From Octopus bimaculoides (taxonomy: Eukaryota), in NCBI RefSeq assembly GCF_001194135.2, contig NC_068983.1, positions 141,867,898 to 141,931,897 on the forward strand: a stretch of 64,000 bases of DNA. The letters run 5' to 3'. A program made the position numbers and the translations under genes. Shown here piece by piece: positions 50,301 to 62,384 of the stretch (positions within the stretch are counted from its first letter, which is position 1; each line of letters begins with the position of its first letter). The notes beneath the pieces are model-generated. The model ran no database searches. It was given only the letters and a program-made list of their open reading frames with translations, and was not told the DNA's origin.

Positions 50301-53300
50301 TCCTTTGCAGTTGAGTTGATTAAATAGTGCAGGTCAGAAATCTATTCTGCTGGATATTGAAACCACAGCCCCAGGCTTAAAATTCTTACATTTTTTTTCC
50401 TTGTAGATTTGCCTGCCACCCGCTGAGAGAGAAAAATACTGGTTTTTGTAAGATGAAACCGGAATAGGTACTAAAGACTCTGGAGAACATGACTGGGGTA
50501 GTTTGTGTGACACCACTTGGTAACTCAAAACATAATGAAGTAGTTAAGAATACAGACCTGGTCGGAGATGAAATTACATAATTTCTTCTCTAGACATCTT
50601 GTTCCAATTTGTTGGAAATATTAATTTTACAGATATGTCTCGCGAAGCTTTTCTACAGTTTTATTACTTATAAAAAGGAAAATTAGTTTTTAGTGAAAAG
50701 TATTTTGTTATTAAAGTGAATGGACAATAATATGAATGTGTCTAAAATGCATACGCTCAATCAATCTGCTGAAGAAAAAAAAAATTCTGAATAGTTTGTA
50801 AAATCTTGGAAATATTAAGGTCAAATCGGTTGGCATCGTGTTTTATATATGAATTAATTCAGTGGTTCCCCATATTTTGTGTATTCACAAGTTTTTAACT
50901 TCCATCTTTTAATTCGCTTGCTCATGTTTCGCGCCAGTGATAATAGTTCCATATGTCACTATGAGGTCTACGTCTGTCTCCTCTTCACGAATTTATCTAG
51001 TTAGCTGTTTAGTGTATTAAAAATACAGTTCACTCCAAATTCGATTTCTTCGGTAACACTAGTTTGAGACAGTTTAAGGGATATAGGTGTCCTCTTTTTT
51101 GCCATCTCAAATTGATGTTTGTAATGTCAAATACCACTGTATTCTCATGAGTTTTAGATGATTCGTTCATTGAGCATTTAGAACAACAAATAATCCTGAA
51201 ATGAAAATATCTCGTGATCATTAATTTATTGGGTCATTATAATAGACTTCGTCTTCGGTGTTTACTGGACACCTTCACTCACCAAGCTATTGACCACAGC
51301 TGGAAAATATAAGTTGTAAGATGTAATGGAGATCAAAGAGAAATCATGCCATTATTGCAGGCTTGAGTCTCTCGGTGGAATTAAATGTATTCCTTTCTCA
51401 ATCGTGGAAAACTCTAGGCAATTTCACCTTAGTTTAATACAAACTATAGTTGAATTTTTCCTTTGGCCAAGAATGTATCCCAAACTGTATAACAATTGAA
51501 AATAACTGTTTAATAACATTTTCTACTTGGATATTACACTACATCAAAACGTTTAATTGTAAGGAAATTTTTATTTTCGGGTGTTTAAATGATTTGCTTT
51601 CTCCAAGTATTATAGTGGTTTATCTCTCGACCGATTCTGATCGAGTAGGCCTATGATCACACAATCCAACCGCGGTCAACCCACCTATTTCATTTATTTT
51701 TAGGATGACATCCAGTGGGGGGTTTTGAGGTGGGGAATGAATAATGTATGATAGGATTTGAAGATTTGGTTGCTATTACTAGTACATTAAGGCTTCCTCG
51801 TTGGCTCGTATTTTAATTATTTCATTGTTCCACCTTAGGTCTTTCGTTATATTACTTCCATATCTCTTAACGATGTTGGAACTGTGAAGAAAACTAATAT
51901 ATTTAACGCTAGTTCATGGATGGTTTATTTTTACATCAACAGCTGTTCTAAGGAAACTTATGTTACAGTGTGTATACAGTGTATTTACGCGTGCATGTTA
52001 TATAAGTATCTGGATAGTTCTATTTATCATACTGAACTACAAATTAACCCGTTACGGTTTATAATTACCGCCATCATTTATCATGGTAGAATTATTACCA
52101 ATTTTGTAAAGAGGCAGAAACTGAATGTATCAATGTTTGACTTCTGCCCAATTTTCAAAAAGCTTTAGTTATATTTTCGCGCGCGCGTGTACCTTTTATA
52201 TTTTAAGGATGTATTTATACTTAAATCGTCCTCTGTATTGTACTATATCGTCTTTATCATTAAGTTGTTTCTAAATGTGTGCATTTTTATCAATTATTGC
52301 ATACGTCATTGTGACAAAATTACGCACGAATTTTGTTATATCGTTTTGTGATGTTCTTGTTAACCCTGATCGAGAAGACGTTTAAATTCACTCCAGCCGT
52401 GACTATCTAATCAGATATAATAGCCACAACTACATATTTCCATTTTAAAAGCGTTTATGTTCAAATGTAAGGGAGGTTTGGTAATCTATTTAGTCGTCGA
52501 TTAACCATATAGAAGCTCCCTCATTTGTTTGTTTTTTTTCATAACTTGCTCTTTATTTTTCATGCGTTTATTCAAAAATACATGAACGTTACGACTTTGC
52601 ACTGTCTTTTTATACAGCTGTTACTTAAAAAATTGGTTTTAGTTTATTAGCATCATTATTTACTATTGCTGTTGCTCGCGCTATTTTGGTCTAACCTCAT
52701 TTCTGATTTCTGCCATGATTATCGAATGGTTCTGTGTTCAAAAACTTCCAACTGTGACCAGTATATATTGGATTATATCACAGTAAGATTATTTGGAGAA
52801 AATTTGGCTGGTACTTTCAGCAATTCGGACGACAGGAGAGAGCCTCCCTCGTTGATTATTATTATTATTATTATTATTATAGCAATATTGAATTCTAATT
52901 TCTCATGCGCGTACGTGGGATGGAGAGGATGTAAACAAACCGGAAAACATTCTTCGTTGTTTACTGGCTTAACCTACCAATCGCTAAATTCCTTTCTTGC
53001 CTCTACGTAATTTTACATCCCTGCTTTTAATCATCTGTGCATCTTGGATTAAGACGACTTCACCAACCACAAATGAGGAGTTAAAGAACCTAGTACCAGG
53101 AGTTTCAACGAAACTTGATAAAAACGACACTTTTTGTCTAGACAGTCATCAGCTGTAAAAGTAAAGTGGTTTCGTGTAAGTAGGACTCGCCAGGACCTGG
53201 CTGCTTTTATAGCAATATCCCTAACAAAAATTGGCAGCCTCTATATTTTTTATTGAATAAAATAATTTACTACAATTTCTTAGTGCAAGTGGAAAAAAAA

Positions 53301-53499
53301 AACTGGCAGGCTTGAATAATTTAAAACCTACATAGAATCTGGATTTCTTCTGGCTGTTGTATGCACTGCCCTGTAGTGAACTATTAATATAATCTTAACT
53401 AAGTACTTATTTCCTGTGGGAAGTAAAGAAATTTTAAGATGAGAATTAATAATCAGGATTATTTCCGCTCTGAAAAGAAATGTTATAGGATACTTTCAA

Positions 53500-53555
53500 C
53501 CTCCATTTTGTGAAAAACAAATAATCGGACTTCCGGTTTGTCGACTGCAGTCGTC
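53500..53555 (-). promoter_or_regulatory. Candidate core promoter: ETS site plus YY1-like motif
   Basis: CCGGAAGT (53529-53536, minus), CAAAATGGAG (53501-53510, minus) and palindrome cgactgcagtcg (53542-53553). Confidence 0.3.
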
Positions 53556-54099
53556 TGTGATGTGGTTTCAAATTGTATTGTTATAATGAAACTAGAATTT
53601 CTAAGAACATGCATTAGATTAAATCAAATCTAAAAACAGAAATAAGCAACGAAGACGTATCATGAAATGAGCGACTGCATATATCTGATATGCAAATACC
53701 TAATTTTGTATCAGGCGATTAAATTACTGGCCAGCTCATTACTCAGTTTAGCCCTTGTACTTCTACTTTGTATTCATTTTTCTTGCTGTAATCAAAAGAT
53801 GTGTTCCACTGGGTTAACTAAGCTGGTAGAATGTTTTCTAATATGATTATAGTAGAAAGTGGGTTATACATCTTTAGACGTATACCTGACTTTCCTACTA
53901 TAAACTTGGAATATAACGGAACGCTGAACTCAAGACTATCAACTTAAACAACATTTATTCAGGTGCTAAATATATACATCTTTTAGTTCTTGTTACAGCT
54001 TTTGTGTGTATGAGCATAGTTGTTGGGACGTGTGTTTGTAGTTGCAAGCGAGCTGTCGAGTGTAAGTCCGAAAGATGTAGAGAGACAGCTTAACACGTC

Positions 54100-54260
54100 C
54101 AATGCTCATGGTCGGCCGACCGTAAAAGAGTAAGATTAAAGCGGGAACGCTTGCTTGTTTAATTCCACGCATGCGTGAGACTACGCATGCGCACGGCGTT
54201 ACCACATGATCATTTGTCATGTTCCATTTTACATAGCCCGACACGAGTAATTTTGTGGAT
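54100..54260. promoter_or_regulatory. Candidate promoter: CpG-rich unique sequence with NRF1-like GCATGC palindromes
   Basis: cacgcatgcgtg and tacgcatgcgca in tandem (~54166-54193); 12-bp palindrome ggtcggccgacc at ~54110. Not part of any repeat family recognised here. Confidence 0.4.
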
Positions 54261-54519
54261 CAAATTCATTACATTTTAACTGAGGGCTCGTTATGCCTGG
54301 AATTTTGTTGCGTTACTCCTTGAACTTTTTTTTTTAACCGTTCATATTCTCAGCAATNNNNNNNNNNNNNNNNNNNNNNNNNNNNNNNNNNNNNNNNNNN
54401 NNNNNNNNNNNNNNNNNNNNNNNNNNNNNNNNNNNNNNNNNNNNNNNNNNNNNNNNNNNNNNNNNNNNNNNNNNNNNNNNNNNNNNNNNNNNNNNNNNNN
54501 NNNNNNNNNNNNNNNNNNN

Positions 54520-54770
54520 ACCCTTAACGTAGTTCTCGGGGATATTCAGCGTGACACAGTGTGACAAGGCTGACCCTTTGAATTACATGCACAACAGAAA
54601 CAGGAAGTAAGAGTTAGAGAAAGTTGTGGTGGAAGAGCACAGCAGGGTTCGCCACCATCCCCTGCCGGAGCCTCGTGGAGCTTTTAGGTGTTTTCGTTCA
54701 ATAAATACTCACAACGCCCGGTCTGGGAATCGAAACCGCGATCCTATGACCGCGAGTCTTGCGCCTCCAC
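54520..54770 (-). mobile_element. SINE family B, tail lost in the N gap, ~25-nt deletion in the head
   Basis: Similarity to 44807-45190. Confidence 0.9.
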
Positions 54771-55129
54771 TATGCATTTCGTTAACAGCGACCTTAAAGG
54801 GAGTTAGGAAATGAAAGAGGCAGTGTGTAAAAACCTCACGAATCTGTTAAAGCACTATTCCGACAAATAATGATAGTTCCCAATAAGGGATTTTTCAGAA
54901 ATTCACTCTTACGAGGTTTTTTATTTAATGGAACTTGCTCTATATTTATCATAAGTTCAATTTTTCTTATATCGATTTAATTTTGTTTATTCATTAAGTT
55001 GCAGGAAGAAGCTGGTCCTTTAATTAATGAACTGAAAATGAGACGACTCGATATTCTGGGGTTGCGTCTAGGTTCTAGAAACTCACCCAAATCTCTTATT
55101 TTCCGATAAAACAAATAACGATAATACAA

Positions 55130-55322
55130 TCCTTTCTGTTAAAGATACAAGGCTTGAAATTTAGGAACATCGACCCCAGTGTTTCACTGGTACTTAATCA
55201 ACCCCAAAAGGATGAAAGGCAAAGTCGACCTCAGCGAAATTTGAGCTCAGAACGTAGTAGCAGACGAAATACCGCTAAGCATTTCGCTCGTCGTGCCACC
55301 GATTCTGCCAGCTCGCCTCCTT
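55130..55322 (-). mobile_element. SINE family A with internal deletions
   Basis: Similarity to other family A copies; ends ctgccagctcgcctcctt. Confidence 0.85.
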
Positions 55323-55409
55323 AAGTAACTATGATATAATGACGCCATTTACGCGTGCATCTGTTTAATTAGTGGCTGTTGTTACATCTTTACCATAGTT
55401 TCTTGCTAG

Positions 55410-55640
55410 TATCTAGATATTTAAATGGCAAACTTCTGCCACCGATGAGGAAGTTATTTACAATATAAGACACGGTCTGCCATCTTGTATGCGACAACAT
55501 TCTACAAGACTCCAGTGAGTTGGCAGATTGATTGAGCTGCACTTGGTATACGTCTCTGATTGCCGGGTCACTTATACAGAAATCGTGTAGTGTCCAATCG
55601 CAAGTATATTCCTCTTTATCATACTTTATATTAACGAGAA
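55410..55640 (+). mobile_element. RTE-clade LINE C-terminal remnant
   Basis: The + frame gives WQTSATDEEVIYNIRHGLPSCMRQHSTRLQ*VGRL...DCRVTYTEIV, resembling the RTE pattern W.D..TNEEV...LPS...RL.W.GH. Confidence 0.55.
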
Positions 55641-56719
55641 CATGTGTCATCGTGAGAGCCTCTACGTGGTCGTTCAAATGCTAAGAATAGTCAGTTTTCT
55701 GTTAAATTACATTCTACTGTCTTTCACAAAAGAAGCACTAAATAATGTAGCCATACGTTTACTGACTGAAAAAAGAACAGGATAACGGGTATTGCTACTT
55801 TTTGCTTATCTCACTCCATTAAAAAACTGGATTATCTCCTCCGACAAAAAAAAATTAACCCTCAATAACACAAATAAAAATGAAAATTTGATACGTGAAA
55901 AGATTAAACAACTTATTGAATCTAACATTTTTATAACATGCCTATTGAGGAGGCCAAAAGTCAATATGTTGAGATTGGATTAAAAGGGTTAGATCCTTTT
56001 GATTTAATACTTGTCGCCACATAAACTCAACTTCTTAGTGGGGAGATAACCCAATTTAATGGCTTTTTTATGGAAGGGAGATAAGCAAAAAATACCCGGA
56101 TATTTTCAATCAGGCATGACCTGGGGCAAAGCAACTAGGAAGACAAACATCTGAAATTAACAGGATTCTTAGTGTAAATACGTTATATCGGATATATTGC
56201 AGCTTATCACGAAACTTAATACAGATTCAATTGATTCCGAAGATCAGCTACCCACACAGAACATAGGAAAATTAGTTCGATATATTAAAAAGAAAATATT
56301 GCCTCATTAAACTCCGAGTCTAAATATGTTTTTCATCATTTGGGGACTCGATAAAATAAGTACTTTTAGCATACTCTGGAGTGCAGGCAATCTACCTTAT
56401 ACTCTGTGTTATGCAAGAACCTGGCTGTTTGCCCAGTTAGAATATTATTATTGGCAACCTATTCAGTCGACAGGTTTACTATTTTTTCTCTTGGCTACAG
56501 ATTGAAGCTGTCTTTATAGTGTTCAACATTAATAAGTCTATTTTGAAATGTAAGAAACATGGCAGTATGTATGCTAAAATTAGAATGATATTATGTAGTT
56601 GAACCGAGTCTGTAAGCCTGTTCCGATACCCGGTTAAAATTTCAGTTACATCGCTAATGTCTGCTGGAAAGGCATAATATGCAAAAATCAATTATTTTTA
56701 AGCTGTTGTTTTTATTATT

Positions 56720-57435
56720 AAAGCGGCGAGCTGGTAGAATCGTTGACACTCCGGACAGAATGCTTAACGGCATTTCACCCGTCATTACGTTCTAAAATTA
56801 AATTTCGCCGAGGTCAATTTCACCTTTCGTCCTTTCGGGGCCGATAAAACAAGATCAATTGAGCATTTAGGTCGAAGTTATCGACTACCCCAACCTCTCA
56901 AAATTGCTGTTCAAAACAATGCAACGATCTGGCAGAATCGTTAGCACGCCGGACAAAATTGTTTGCGGCATTTCGTCCGTCTTGACGTTCCGAGCTCAAA
57001 TTCCACCGAAACTGACTTTGCCTTTCATCCTTTTGGGGATCGTTTTAATCGATTAGCCTTCTCTTCCAAATTTACAGTCCTTGTGCCTATAGTTGAAAGA
57101 ATTATAATTATTTTGAAGCAGTGATGCTGCCGAGGTCAACTTTCATTTTTGGGGTCGATATAATCGACTAGCCCCTTCCCCAAAAAACTTCAGGATTTGT
57201 ACCTATAACAGGTAGAAAGGATTTTTTTTAAGCTGGCAGATTCGTTAGCGCGTCGAGCAAAATGATGAGTGGCAATCCTGCGGGCTTCTTACGTTTTGGG
57301 TTCAAATACTGCGGAGATCAATTTTGCTTTTCAGCCTTTCGGGGCCTATGAAGTACCAACTGAGCTCTGGGGTTGATGTAATCGAATTACGCACTCCCCT
57401 AAAACTGCTGACGTTGTGCATAATTTGAAATTATT
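56720..57435 (+). mobile_element. Head-to-tail array of four family A SINE copies (one partial)
   Basis: Starts near 56722 (gcggcgagctggtagaatcg), ~56920, ~57120 (partial) and ~57230. Confidence 0.85.
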
Positions 57436-58049
57436 TATTTGGACAATATGTTGGAAAACACTTGGTTAGTAGATGAGCAGCACACAAAATCCTGGTATTT
57501 AATTATGTCCCTTTGTTCTAGATTCAAATGCCACAGAGGATTGTATTTCTTTCATCTTTCCAGTATCGATAAAGATAATGCCAGTCAGACACTTGAGTTG
57601 AGTCAATGCTCTCTAAACTCTGGGGTAGGTTCTACCAGTGCTTTACTGTTGATCTATTTGACCATTTGTAAGACTGTCTGCAGGTAATATGTAAACTGAA
57701 AGAAACTTCTAGGGATTTTGTATCCCTGTGAAGAGATTAGATTTAGTATGATGAATGGATGTGGTATGCAAGTTGCTTGTTCAGAGGAGTAGAATGTTCT
57801 GTAGAAGCATGATACATACAGCATATCTTTGGGCTAGACATTTTCTTGTGAGGATGAGCAAGTCCCTACCAAGAAGGCTAGTCTTCAAGTGCATTTTTTG
57901 CAGTGTCGTGAATGAGATGGAGAGGACATCATAAGAATTTGTGAGATCTAGTATTTGACATTTTGTATAATATACACTAAATATTGTATTATCTTATCTT
58001 TGACAGTTTATGCGTTGCTCAGCATGAGATACAGGATTTTTCTATTGAC

Positions 58050-58340
58050 ATCATTTAACATCCGTTTTCCATGCTGGCAAGGGTTGACTTAAAATTGGTA
58101 AGATGGAGAGCTGTGCCAAGTTTCAGCCTTATTTGGCATGATTTCTACAGCTTGGTGCCCTTCCTAAAGCCAACCACTGGCAGGGGTGCCAGTTACGAAA
58201 TACTAGCATTGGCCACGACTACAATCTGACTTGACAGGTCTTCTCAAGTACTGTAAATTGCCAAAGATTTCGGTCATTTGTCACTACTTCCATGAAGCTC
58301 AAAGTTTGGAGGGTACCACTGGCATGGGTGCCAGATATGC
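58050..58340 (-). mobile_element. Interspersed retroposon fragment (tail motif tgcccttccta..gccaacc)
   Basis: catcatttaacatccgttttccatgctggc, then ggtgcccttcctaaagccaaccac; internal repeat accactggca.gggtgccag occurs twice. Class not determined. Confidence 0.5.
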
Positions 58341-58649
58341 GATGCAATTTTCTTTGCTGTTGTTAAAGATTATTACATTTCCATAGAATAATGTTTAGGG
58401 TTTTTAAGACGACGGTACAAGTTTGTCCGACATGAGGTATCTAGGGTACATACAGATGACATTTGTATGCAGATAAGGTTAGTGAGTATTTTCAGATGAC
58501 AGCAAGCCTGTAGCTAATTAACAAGTATAGGAGTGTTGAGAGTCCATTTAAGCAGATAGCATGTCCCAAAAATCTTCAGTTACATGCTACAATGGCTTGG
58601 TTGGATAAGAAGCTTCTAAGAGATCTGACAAATATAAAATTCTTGTATC

Positions 58650-59680
58650 AGACATTGTTGAATGCTTTACTGATGTAAAGGGCAGTGACATCTTTCTCGA
58701 GCAAAAAACGACTTATAAGTAACAGAGTAAGTCTCTGGTAGATCTGACTTTAATGAAGCTGTATTGATGGTTATTGAGGATGAGCACTCAATATGTTGAA
58801 GGTGATTAACAACCATTTCTATCATATTTGGGATATAATAAATGTGAGTGGTCGTTTGCAGAAAGACATTGAAAAGTTTAGCAGGTTTAACTTTAAAAAG
58901 CACCATGGAAAATCGTTCAAGATACAGAATACCTACAGAACTAAGTGATGAAAGCAATATATAAAAGACGTAATTATGTATGTGTTAGTGAGAGAATGAC
59001 TGTTTTACAGTTGGGACTGATTTTAGACAAGGTTATATCCTATATTTTTCTTCAGTTTTTGCTGTAGATTTTAGCAGATTTATCAAAAAGGACATGGTCT
59101 TCTTCAAGACTATAACCAGTTCTTATCTGAATTTTTGCAGATGTTTAAATTCTGTAAAGATCACTATGTAAAAATTCAGCTAACAATTTAATGCAAAAAC
59201 CATAAATGTCTAATGCTAAGATAGTATAAAGATTTAGATTATAACTATAAATTATAAAGTCTTAGAAAATGTACCTCATTTCACCTATTCGGACAGTAGA
59301 ATATTTGCAGATCGAGGTTAGGCATTTTGTTGGCTTGCCAAAATTTGAAACCGTATAGAAACTGATGGCATTCTATCAAGTGTCTGTCGTCCCTTGCATT
59401 GTACATATAGAGATCGAACCACCAATGTAAAAATACTTGGAACTGAACAGAAAGAACTAGTGATATTGCAGAGAACAGTGTCTGAGTTGTAGAATAGAAA
59501 TTTGATTCTTGCAATGAGCAACGAGAAGCCCAAGCAAAAACTGCATGGCAAAAATTTGTATCTCATATAACGATGGGATCTCCCATCAAACACTACATTA
59601 CGAATGTTCAGTTTTTGATTTTTTGCTTTTTTCTGAATGACCTGCACAAATGGTTTGTTCAGTGATCAAGTGTATGTACT
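58650..59680 (+). mobile_element. Decayed RTE-clade LINE ORF (RT to C-terminus)
   Basis: Across frameshifts: DIEK.FSR, KAPWKIV, RYRIP, VMKAIY, CFTVGTDFRQGYIL, YLNFAD, ENVPHFTY..SRIFAD, AFCWLAKI*, YRDRTTNVKIL. Collinear with RTE ORF motifs. Confidence 0.7.
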
Positions 59681-59754
59681 GTACATTAATTCACTCCCTC
59701 AATCAAATCAGTATTGCCCTGTACATACGCACAAGTGTACCACATGTCAGGTGT

Positions 59755-59872
59755 CAATGATCACAAAAGAACATGAAGTGTTTTGCTCAAGAACACAGCA
59801 CACTGCCTGATCCAGAAATTGAACCCACAATCTAGCGATCATGAGTGCCACACCTTAGCCACTAGGCCACCA
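59755..59872 (-). mobile_element. Decayed SINE family C head and core, CpG-depleted
   Basis: aagtgttttgctcaagaacacagcacactgcctgatccagaaattgaacccacaatc. Confidence 0.7.
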
Positions 59873-60328
59873 GAAAGATCTAGTTTTATGAGAAATGATT
59901 GGGGATTCAGAAGCAGATATTGCAGCTGAAAGCAGGCCAGTACATGACATGGCATGGGCTTGTTTTTTTGTATTCCATCTTTCTCCTACTTTTCTGGAGA
60001 AATAGTTTCTACATTGTCACTCAGCCTGCACTTGATGTAGTACCAAATTTCATTTCATCCACTCAATGTAGTACCAAACTTGATCTTATTTGACCACTAC
60101 ATAATATCTTTAAAATATGAGTTCATTTGTAGACTTAAATCTTATAGTATACATGACAATAAAGGCAGGATGATCATTGCTATGGTTATTAGACAAATGA
60201 CGTTGGTAAATTGTACTTATTCTAAATTTACAGGAACCACTGACTAAATTCATGCAATCTAAAGCAAACAAGCATAGAATTATATACTAGCTTAGACTGA
60301 ACACACAAAAGGGTTTGAACTCTATACT

Positions 60329-60710
60329 TTGTTAGCACTGCGTCACTTACGACGTCGAGAGTTCCAGTTGATCCGATTAACAGAACAGCCTGCTCGTGGA
60401 ATTAACGTGCAAGTGGCTGAGCACTCCAGACACATGTACCCTCAATGTAGTTCTCGGGGATATTCAGCGTGACACAGTGTGACAAGGCTGACCCTTTGAG
60501 TTACAGGCACAACAGAAACAGGAAGTAAGAGTGAGAGAAAGTTGTGGGGAAAGAGTACAGCAGGGTTCACCACCATCCCTTGCTGGGGCCTCGTGGAGCT
60601 TTTAGGTGTTTTCGCTCAATAAACACTCACAATGCCCGGTCTGGGAATTGAAACCGCGATCCTATGACCGTGAGTCCGCTGCCCTAACCACTGGGCCATT
60701 GTGCCTCCAC
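60329..60710 (-). mobile_element. SINE family B, full length, 10-bp TSD, CpG-decayed
   Basis: actctatact at 60319-60328 and 60711-60720. Confidence 0.92.
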
Positions 60711-61444
60711 ACTCTATACTACAAGCTGACAAAATATCAATTTTACAGTGCCTCTGCTATAATCAATAGAAAATTTGTTTTTACATTGCCATACCTACTT
60801 TCAGCAAAGTGAATCTATCCATTTGAAAATGAAGTGTTTTTGCCACAGACACCAATATCTCTTTAATGGTGACAGAACACTCGTTATTCAGTGTTCAGTC
60901 TACTCAATATTGGCAATCAGCACATGTACATCATCACATATGTGCACCATTCATATGAAAACTTATGAGTATACAGCTTGTTGGAATTTTGAAGATTGTT
61001 CTTAATTGTACAATTAATGTTATGTCTATTCAAATGGAACTGATTGAGATTATTTATCAGTACCTTTTTGTTATTCTCAGTTGGGACTCTTTCATAATAT
61101 AATGATAATTGTCTTACATACAGTCGGCTTTCGACTGGGAGATGAGGTGAATGAGTTGTTCATTAAATTGATTCCAGTAATTAGAAATGTGGAAATGCAT
61201 ATTTCTAACAGCACCTTTTTGTCGATTATATCAAAGCCAGTTTTTGACTAGATACATTTTTCATTGTACCATCCAGATGAATGAAAGGTAACCACAGCAG
61301 GATTTAAATTCAGAAAGTAAAAGAGGTGCAACTGCATATATTAAAGCGTTTTATCCATTGTTCTATTTATTCTTTTGATCCACCATAATGATACTATATT
61401 TCTAGCAATTTGTGTATCTTATTGTTTCATTTATTTTCTTACAG

Positions 61445-61780
61445 ACAGCATTACAATCAATCTGCCCGGAAAGGACCGAAGGTAGATGTGCAGGCTGCAA
61501 AGAAGGAAGCAGCTGCCCACCAAGTACCAACCTACACACCACCACCACAGCAGCAGCAGCAGCAGCAGTCTTACCCTTCACCTCACAGTAGCAATGCAAG
61601 CCCTATTTCACCAACTTATGCTAGGCAACCTCATAGTCCCGTTACCCCTATAACACCTGGGGCTGGTTCTGGAACTTTCGTTCATGGCCAGTACAATTCT
61701 CCACTAGGATTGTATTCTGCTGAAGCCGCTACTGAGGAATTAGCTTGTCAGTCTGGAGGCGTTATTACTGCTGTTGGTGG
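61445..61780 (+). CDS. Zasp: Internal coding exon of a PDZ-LIM/Zasp-family protein containing the ZM (ZASP-like) motif
   Basis: Acceptor ttattttcttacag ends at 61444 and donor GTAAGT starts at 61781. 336 nt, open, phase 2 at both ends. Encodes a P/S/Q-rich linker with Q7, then FVHGQYNSPLGLYS, matching the ZM consensus (vh.QYNSP.gLYS). The symbol is family-level only; the orthologue is not resolved. Confidence 0.85.
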
Positions 61781-62254
61781 GTAAGTATCTCACTTTTCCT
61801 ACTGAAGTATTTTACCCCAATTAAAATTATATCTGTTTTACACCTGTTAATGCATTGATTAATCTTTCAGCATGTAATATAGTTAACAATATTACACTTC
61901 CTCTCACTTTTCCTTCTCCCCGCTCTCCTTACACTGTATGAAAGAAGACAAACTTTTGAGAGGAATACCAGTAGTCTTAATATATGTAATTTGATGGGAA
62001 GGTTCAATAAACACGTTTCCATTTACCACTTCACTGATTCAAACATTGACAAAAGTGAACAGTTTATTTATATCATCTTCCTGTATCTGATTGATACTTC
62101 TTATGGAGTCCAGAGAAATGAAAGTTGGTCTCCATAATATTTAATATCAAAATGTTAAAAAAAAATGCAACTTAAAACCACAAGGCAGTTTGATGTTCTG
62201 CTGTCTAATATCCTGATAATACTTATGTGGAATGGAGTTATAGTTAAAACCAAC

Positions 62255-62360
62255 TCCAGGATTTGAAGTGAGTCAACCTAGGTGAGATTTGATCTCAGAA
62301 TATAAAGTGATATAACGAAGTACTGCAAGGCATTTTGTGTAATTCTGCCATCTACCTCCC
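62255..62360 (-). mobile_element. SINE family A fragment, CpG-decayed
   Basis: gtcaacctaggtgagatttgatctcagaatataaag versus the usual gtcgacctcggcggaatttgaactcagaacgtaaag. Confidence 0.7.
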
Positions 62361-62384
62361 TGCTAATATTTCTGATATCAGTTA

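Noticed and set aside
53993-54244. 83-aa minus-strand ORF over the promoter candidate, and + strand ATG 54010 with donor at 54062
   Set aside because: No recognisable protein; the + strand mini-exon ends in phase 1 and cannot join the phase-2 ZM exon in frame.
55390-55677. 95-aa minus-strand ORF that looks protein-like
   Set aside because: The + strand gives RTE C-terminal motifs, and the apparent acceptor lies in a family D repeat fragment.
59281-59514. Minus-strand ORF with good splice sites (FQVFLHWWFDLYMYNARDDRHLIECHQ...)
   Set aside because: It is the antisense of the decayed RTE LINE, whose motifs read collinearly on the + strand from 58650 to 59680. Exonisation is not excluded but nothing supports it.
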